Origin: a virus | Lineage: Duplodnaviria; Heunggongvirae; Uroviricota; Caudoviricetes | IMG/VR virus record: IMGVR_UViG_2737471819_000028 | Coordinates: 1 to 3,646 of that record | Reading direction: 5' to 3' (one strand) | Length of the DNA stretch: 3,646 nucleotides | Shown here: in pieces, positions 1-3,646 of the stretch | Position numbering within the stretch: the stretch's first letter is position 1 | How the letters are laid out: each line of letters begins with the position of its first letter | Program-made: the position numbers and the translations under genes | The notes under the pieces: generated by a model | Database searches by the model: none | The model's input: only the letters and a program-made list of their open reading frames with translations | Told to the model about the DNA's origin: nothing

Positions 1-192
1 ATGATCGGACAAATATCAATTGTTAGACCGGGAGCATGTGACGATCGCGAAATACGAATAATTATTCGTCTGGCGATGGGGAAAACAATAACAGCTCTCA
101 TTACTCCAGAAAATCTCGCATTAGCGTTAACAGGAAAGTCAGACCTACCAGTAGACATAAAGCTGCGAAATATTGAGATTAAAGTGAAATAG
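1..192 (+). CDS. Hypothetical small protein, possibly the 3' end of a longer gene running off the window edge (63 codons visible)
   Basis: Open frame from position 1 to TAG at 190-192. An ATG sits at position 1, but the ribosome-binding site and any upstream extension are outside the window. The stop is 2 nt before the ATG of the next gene, suggesting translational coupling. No recognisable motif. Confidence 0.4.
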   Translation: MIGQISIVRPGACDDREIRIIIRLAMGKTITALITPENLALALTGKSDLPVDIKLRNIEIKVK

Positions 193-194
193 TT

Positions 195-1130
195 ATGAAT
201 ACTCTTACCAAAGAATGGTTACAGAACACGATTACCAGCATTGAGTCAGCACGGGATGAAATACCGTTCGGACTCGATGAAGATCAAAACAACATGCTTA
301 CCGCATTAAAAATTGCACTGGCATCGCTGGAAGCAAAACCAATAGGTGCTTTCCACATTGCAGAACAGCAGGTCGATGGCACAAGTGACTACATCAAGGA
401 TGGGGAATGGCCTATTGATAATGGGATTATTGAAGTATACGCCGCCCCTCCAATGCCAGTAGTACCTGAAGAAAAACCAATGCCCAACCCTCTTAAAATG
501 TACGCGGTCGATGCTGTTGCCGCTATTGCAGAGGTGAGAGGCTGGAATGCCTGCCGAGCCGCCATGCTTCATGCTGAGCCTGTAAGTAATAGTGATGAGT
601 TACCGCTGGACTATCTGCAAGGCCATAAAGACGGTCTGGAGTGGGCGGCGCAACAGGCAGAGGCCAATCATCCGCAAACAGGTGACTGGTTGTACGATGA
701 CCCAATCGAGCTTGCCAGGGCGATTCGCAAAGGTCCGGATATTCCTGAATTTAAGTCAGTATCTGTTGATGAGGATGATAACTTCTACTCGTGGTTTGGC
801 AGGTTCTGGTATGAAAATTATCAGAAAAATAATTACACAACATCTGCAAAACAGATGCTTGGTACGATGGCTGAATTTGCCTATAGGGCAGGTAGAGAGT
901 CGGCAGCGCTGGCTGGCAACTCTCCGGTAATTCCGGATGGTTGGATAAGCTGTAGTGAGCGAATGCCCGCTCAAGATGATTGGATTTTAATTTCTTCAAA
1001 GCACGGCGAGTATATGGCAGGACAGGTACAAGGGGAATACGTGGAGTTGAGCGACGGCACTTTATCGTGGTTAGGGAACGCCTTGTTCTGGATGCCTCTA
1101 CCAGAACCGCCTCGATTAAAGGAGCTATAA
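195..1130 (+). CDS. Phage-associated protein of unknown function, 311 aa, strongly acidic, with a C-terminal DUF551-like domain
   Basis: Longest non-integrase ORF, ATG at 195, tandem stops TAA TAG at 1128-1133. The C-terminal ~70 aa (DGWISCSERMPAQDDW...GEYVELSDG...WLGNALFWMPLPEPP) match my recollection of the DUF551 signature found at the C-terminus of enterobacterial prophage proteins. A Pro-rich linker (AAPPMPVVPEEKPMPNPL, about nt 441-494) separates an N-terminal region from the rest. A manual count gives about 49 D+E against 23 K+R. The Shine-Dalgarno is weak, consistent with coupling to the upstream ORF. Confidence 0.8.
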   Translation: MNTLTKEWLQNTITSIESARDEIPFGLDEDQNNMLTALKIALASLEAKPIGAFHIAEQQVDGTSDYIKDGEWPIDNGIIEVYAAPPMPVVPEEKPMPNPLKMYAVDAVAAIAEVRGWNACRAAMLHAEPVSNSDELPLDYLQGHKDGLEWAAQQAEANHPQTGDWLYDDPIELARAIRKGPDIPEFKSVSVDEDDNFYSWFGRFWYENYQKNNYTTSAKQMLGTMAEFAYRAGRESAALAGNSPVIPDGWISCSERMPAQDDWILISSKHGEYMAGQVQGEYVELSDGTLSWLGNALFWMPLPEPPRLKEL

Positions 1131-1244
1131 TAGTGAACTATTATATCTATTTGTATTAAAAGAGTTTTTATAAAATAAATCTTCCAAAGCATGTAAAAAC
1201 ACTGTTAATCTTAACGTGTGTGAAACGTGAAGAGAGGTGTTGAA
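1131..1244 (+). promoter_or_regulatory. AT-rich intergenic region with a strong Shine-Dalgarno and candidate promoter/operator elements for the downstream small gene
   Basis: Much more AT-rich than the flanking coding sequence (TATTATATCTATTTGTATTAAAAGAGTTTTTATAAAATAAAT). Contains TTGTAT (1151-1156) and TATAAAAT-like -10 candidates but with no clean 17-bp spacing. Direct repeat AACGTG at 1213-1218 and 1224-1229, 11 bp apart. GAGGTG Shine-Dalgarno at 1234-1239, 5 nt before ATG 1245. The promoter assignment is tentative. Confidence 0.3.
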
Positions 1245-1526
1245 ATGAGCATTCATGATTTGTGTGAAGATCAAGAGCAATGGGCTATGCAGACCCTTAT
1301 GGGATCAGGAGTTCTTGCAAGGTGCAGAATCCATAACGATGTAATTTTAGACAGCGGAAATGATGCTTCTTCTGCTTATAAATTAGGAACTTACCTATAT
1401 CAAAAAGATAATAGCTGCAACTTATTCAATACTCTTACTGAAGCCCGCGACGCAATAAAGGATGCATATGAATCGTATTGTGGGATCGATGATTGCCCAC
1501 AATGCTCAAAATACATTGACGATTAA
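1245..1526 (+). CDS. Hypothetical small acidic protein (93 aa) with a C-terminal CxxxxCxxC motif
   Basis: ORF in the track starts at GTG 1227, but the in-frame ATG at 1245 is preceded by a strong Shine-Dalgarno (GAGGTG, 5-nt spacer), so 1245 is the preferred start. Stop TAA at 1524-1526. The protein ends ...YESYCGIDDCPQCSKYIDD. Net acidic by manual count (about 16 D+E against 7 K+R). No family recognised. Confidence 0.6.
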   Translation: MSIHDLCEDQEQWAMQTLMGSGVLARCRIHNDVILDSGNDASSAYKLGTYLYQKDNSCNLFNTLTEARDAIKDAYESYCGIDDCPQCSKYIDD

Positions 1527-1545
1527 TAATATGAACAAGTAACTA

Positions 1546-1573
1546 TCCTCGCACTCGCGGGGATTTCTTTTAT
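1546..1573 (+). terminator. Intrinsic-terminator-like hairpin downstream of the 93-aa gene
   Basis: Stem 1546-1552 (TCCTCGC) pairs with 1557-1563 (GCGGGGA): 7 bp with one G-U wobble, loop ACTC. Followed by the T-rich tract TTTCTTTTAT (1564-1573). Lies 20 nt after the stop codon. Confidence 0.5.
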
Positions 1574-1576
1574 CTG

Positions 1577-1601
1577 AACTCGCTACGGCGGGTTTTGTTT
1601 T
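1577..1601 (+). terminator. Second, tandem terminator-like hairpin abutting the next gene's ribosome-binding site
   Basis: Stem 1577-1583 (AACTCGC) pairs with 1588-1594 (GCGGGTT), loop TACG. T-tract TTTTGTTTT runs to 1601. The core (CTCGC-N4-GCGGG plus T-run) is nearly identical to the hairpin at 1546-1573. The T-tract runs directly into the GGAG Shine-Dalgarno at 1604-1607. Confidence 0.45.
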
Positions 1602-1613
1602 ATGGAGATGATT

Positions 1614-1913
1614 ATGGCCTGTTCAACATTCAACCCTCTAACGTTACAGAAATACCAGCCAGACCCTGAAGATTTATGCTCACTGTGTGGCGGAAATCAT
1701 GGCAAAGCCGCCATGATCGAATGTAAAGACAAAATCCACATTTGCCTTAATTGCGTTGATGTCCTCGTTGATATCAAAAATGAGAGAGAAGATAAAAAGC
1801 GTAGCGAGGCTGTTCGCGCCTTAGATTCATGGATGCGAGATGGGTATAGTGCCGCGCAAATTTATGACTTAGCAATATCAAAAGGCGAAATACCAGGAGT
1901 GCGCATCGAATAA
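1614..1913 (+). CDS. Small zinc-ribbon-like protein (about 99 aa), function unknown
   Basis: ORF 1602-1913. ATG 1614 has the best Shine-Dalgarno context (GGAG at 1604-1607, 6-nt spacer); ATGs at 1602 and 1608 are in frame but lack one. Stop TAA at 1911-1913. Cys pattern CSLCGG-x12-C-x6-CLNC (CxxC...CxxC) is typical of a Zn-ribbon or treble-clef fold. Small Zn-binding proteins are common in this position in lambdoid prophages. Confidence 0.6.
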   Translation: MACSTFNPLTLQKYQPDPEDLCSLCGGNHGKAAMIECKDKIHICLNCVDVLVDIKNEREDKKRSEAVRALDSWMRDGYSAAQIYDLAISKGEIPGVRIE

Positions 1914-1953
1914 GACGTAACCAATATTCGAATTGAAGAACTGAAAGAACACC

Positions 1954-1978
1954 AAGCCGCCTGATGGCGGTTTTTTCT
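1954..1978 (+). terminator. Rho-independent terminator between the Zn-ribbon gene and xis
   Basis: GC stem CCGCC (1957-1961) / GGCGG (1966-1970), loop TGAT, extendable by A-T and G-U pairs to about 8 bp. Followed directly by TTTTTTCTT (1971-1979). Canonical intrinsic-terminator architecture, about 40 nt after the upstream stop and about 20 nt before the xis start. Confidence 0.65.
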
Positions 1979-1998
1979 TACACATGCAGAGGCAACTT

Positions 1999-2283
1999 AT
2001 GCGCGAGTTAGTAAACCAACATAACCATGGCATTCAGCCAGTCATCACACCTGTTGTACAGATAAATGCGAATGAATGGGTAACACTGGAGCTTTTAATG
2101 GCTGTAACAGGCCTGAGAAAAGGAACAATATTACGCGCCAGGGACAGTGCGTGGATGAACGGCAGAGAATATAAACAAATCGCCCCCGACGGAACGCCAA
2201 AGAAAAACAGCGAATGTCTCTATCATCTTCCTACCATCAACACTTGGATCAAAAACCAACCCTTACCATCTCAGGATGTTTAA
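1999..2283 (+). CDS. xis: Putative excisionase / recombination directionality factor (Rac XisR/YdaQ-like, DUF1233-type)
   Basis: Small basic protein immediately upstream of and co-directional with the integrase. The segment EWVTLELLMAVTGLRKGTILRARDSAWMNGREYKQIAPDG...INTWIKN resembles the conserved core of the putative-excisionase family typified by Rac XisR, as I recall it. ORF track start is ATG 1984; ATG 1999 is preferred because AGAGG (1988-1992) lies 6 nt upstream. Stop TAA at 2281-2283. Confidence 0.75.
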   Translation: MRELVNQHNHGIQPVITPVVQINANEWVTLELLMAVTGLRKGTILRARDSAWMNGREYKQIAPDGTPKKNSECLYHLPTINTWIKNQPLPSQDV

Positions 2284-2335
2284 TTCTTGTCCATAAGAGT
2301 ATAACCTGAGCGTGCTCTTGGACGCAGGAGGAACA

Positions 2336-3646
2336 ATGGCGAATTCAGCCTATCCAGCCGGCGTTGAAAATCACGGAGGAAAACTCCGAATAACGTTTAA
2401 GTACAGGGGTAAACGAGTGCGCGAAAATCTTCGCGTGCCCGATACACCGAAAAACAGAAAGATCGCTGGTGAGTTAAGGGCTTCGGTCTGCTTTGCAATC
2501 AGAACAGGAACGTTTGATTATGCCGATCGATTCCCTGACTCACCTAACCTGAAGCTATTTGGCCTGGTAAAAAAAGATATCACCGTCGGTGAACTGGCAC
2601 AGAAATGGCTTACTCTGAAAGCAATGGAAATCGGTAGTAACGCCTTAAATCGTTATCAATCAGTGATGAAAAATATGCTACCGAGGCTTGGTCCTGGCAG
2701 GCTGGCGTCATCGATTACAAAAGAAGATCTGCTGTTTATCAGGAAAGATTTACTGACCGGGGAAAAGGGAAGCAGGAAAACCAGCACGTCCCGAAAAGGA
2801 AGAACCGTACCCACAGTGAACTATTACATGACAACAACAGCCGGAATGTTCAGCTTTGCCGCCGAAAACGGGTATCTGGAGAAAAACCCGTTTAATTCAA
2901 TAACACCGCTGAGGAAATCAAAACCAGTGCCGGATCCACTGACCAGAGATGAGTTTAGCCGTCTCATTGATGCCTGCCATCATCAACAGACCAAAAACCT
3001 CTGGACAGTGGCTGTTTTTACAGGGATGCGACACGGTGAAATTGCCGCACTTGCATGGGAGGATATCGACCTGAAAGCTGGCACGATAACAGTGCGACGA
3101 AATTTTACAAAAATAGGTGATTTTACGCTACCAAAGACCGACGCAGGCACTAACCGGGTTATACATCTTCTGGCACCAGCAATTGAAGCACTTAAAAACC
3201 AGGCGATGCTTACTCGTCTTAGCAGGCAGCATCAGATCACTGTTCAATTACGCGAGTACGGAAGAACAATTTTGCACGAGTGCACTTTTGTTTTCTGTCC
3301 GCAAATCGTTCGCAAGAATCACAAGGCGGGTATTAACTACGCGGTAAGCTCCATCGGAGCGACATGGGATTCAGCAATAAAAAGAGCGGGTATCCGATCC
3401 CGTAAAGCGTATCAGTCACGCCATACCTATGCGTGCTGGGCTTTATCTTCCGGAGCAAACCCGACATTTATTGCATCACAGATGGGGCACTCCAGCGCCA
3501 GCATGGTCTACAATGTTTATGGTGCATGGATGCCTGAGTGCAGCGTGACTCAAGTTGCCATGTTGAATAATGTCCTTAATGCCCGTGCCCCAGACGTGCC
3601 CCAAAGTGACCAGGAGGATGAAATAAAATTATATTTTTCAAAATGA
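2336..3646 (+). CDS. int: Phage tyrosine integrase (site-specific recombinase) with N-terminal arm-type DNA-binding domain, Rac IntR-like
   Basis: Tyrosine-recombinase catalytic motifs are readable in the translation: TGMRHGE (Arg I), LPKTDAG (Lys), YQSRHTYACW (Arg II/His), QMGHSS (His) and MVYNVYGAW (Tyr nucleophile). The N-terminus GKLRITFKYRGKRVRENL...FDYADRFPDS is typical of the arm-binding domain of Rac/IntR-type integrases. ORF track starts at GTG 2312; ATG 2336 is preferred because AGGAGG (2326-2331) precedes it. Stop TGA at 3644-3646 is the window end. Confidence 0.93.
   Translation: MANSAYPAGVENHGGKLRITFKYRGKRVRENLRVPDTPKNRKIAGELRASVCFAIRTGTFDYADRFPDSPNLKLFGLVKKDITVGELAQKWLTLKAMEIGSNALNRYQSVMKNMLPRLGPGRLASSITKEDLLFIRKDLLTGEKGSRKTSTSRKGRTVPTVNYYMTTTAGMFSFAAENGYLEKNPFNSITPLRKSKPVPDPLTRDEFSRLIDACHHQQTKNLWTVAVFTGMRHGEIAALAWEDIDLKAGTITVRRNFTKIGDFTLPKTDAGTNRVIHLLAPAIEALKNQAMLTRLSRQHQITVQLREYGRTILHECTFVFCPQIVRKNHKAGINYAVSSIGATWDSAIKRAGIRSRKAYQSRHTYACWALSSGANPTFIASQMGHSSASMVYNVYGAWMPECSVTQVAMLNNVLNARAPDVPQSDQEDEIKLYFSK

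Noticed and set aside
592-930. Plus-strand 112-aa ORF in an alternative frame inside the 311-aa gene
   Set aside because: Completely nested in a different frame of a better-supported CDS; the translation is Arg/Cys-rich and looks like off-frame noise.
306-999. Minus-strand ORFs (306-572, 523-705, 751-999, 756-974) embedded antisense within the 311-aa gene
   Set aside because: Short (60-88 aa), fully overlapped by a longer co-directional-operon gene with recognisable domain content, mutually overlapping, and with no convincing Shine-Dalgarno; most likely frame artefacts.
1-1130. Toxin-antitoxin interpretation of the coupled ORF pair 1-192 / 195-1130
   Set aside because: Considered because of the tight coupling and small first ORF, but neither protein shows a recognisable toxin or antitoxin motif and the second protein is much larger than typical type II partners; unsupported.
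971-1192. Minus-strand 73-aa ORF spanning the end of the 311-aa gene and the AT-rich intergenic region
   Set aside because: Low-complexity translation driven by AT-rich sequence, no ribosome-binding site, and it overlaps a supported gene; no evidence for coding.
1227-1244. GTG at 1227 as the start of the 93-aa gene (ORF-track start)
   Set aside because: It would place the strong GAGGTG Shine-Dalgarno inside the coding region; ATG 1245 with a 5-nt spacer is the more plausible initiation codon.
2312-2335. GTG at 2312 as the integrase start (ORF-track start)
   Set aside because: The in-frame ATG at 2336 is preceded by a near-consensus AGGAGG and gives an N-terminus that begins right before the arm-binding domain; the GTG extension has no ribosome-binding site. 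I cannot fully exclude it without homologue alignment.
3117-3347. Plus-strand 76-aa ORF inside the integrase gene
   Set aside because: Nested alternative frame within the integrase catalytic-domain coding region; no independent support.
1-3646. CRISPR array, IS element or transposase, tRNA/rRNA genes
   Set aside because: No regularly spaced direct repeats, no terminal inverted repeats flanking a transposase-like ORF, and no tRNA-like structure were recognised by eye.
3600-3646. att core overlapping the 3' end of int
   Set aside because: In some phages the attachment core overlaps the int 3' end, but without the downstream sequence or the other prophage end no repeat can be identified, so no att feature is called.

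Overview
This window looks like the integrase-proximal arm of a lambdoid-type prophage, probably from an enterobacterial genome. All supported genes are on the + strand and end with an excisionase-integrase module; the integrase stop codon is the last codon of the window, so the att junction should lie just beyond position 3646. Upstream of xis-int are three or four accessory genes of unknown function: a small or 5'-truncated ORF (1-192), a strongly acidic 311-aa protein with a DUF551-like C-terminus (195-1130), a small acidic Cys-containing protein (1245-1526) and a small zinc-ribbon-like protein (1614-1913). Intrinsic-terminator-like hairpins sit between the genes (a tandem pair at 1546-1601, one at 1954-1978), which suggests read-through or antitermination-dependent transcription. 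I recognised no rRNA/tRNA genes, CRISPR arrays or IS elements. The accessory proteins are the best candidates for an undescribed function (for example anti-defence or host modulation), but that is inference: none can be assigned a function from sequence alone. All family assignments rest on motifs recalled from memory, not on a database search.
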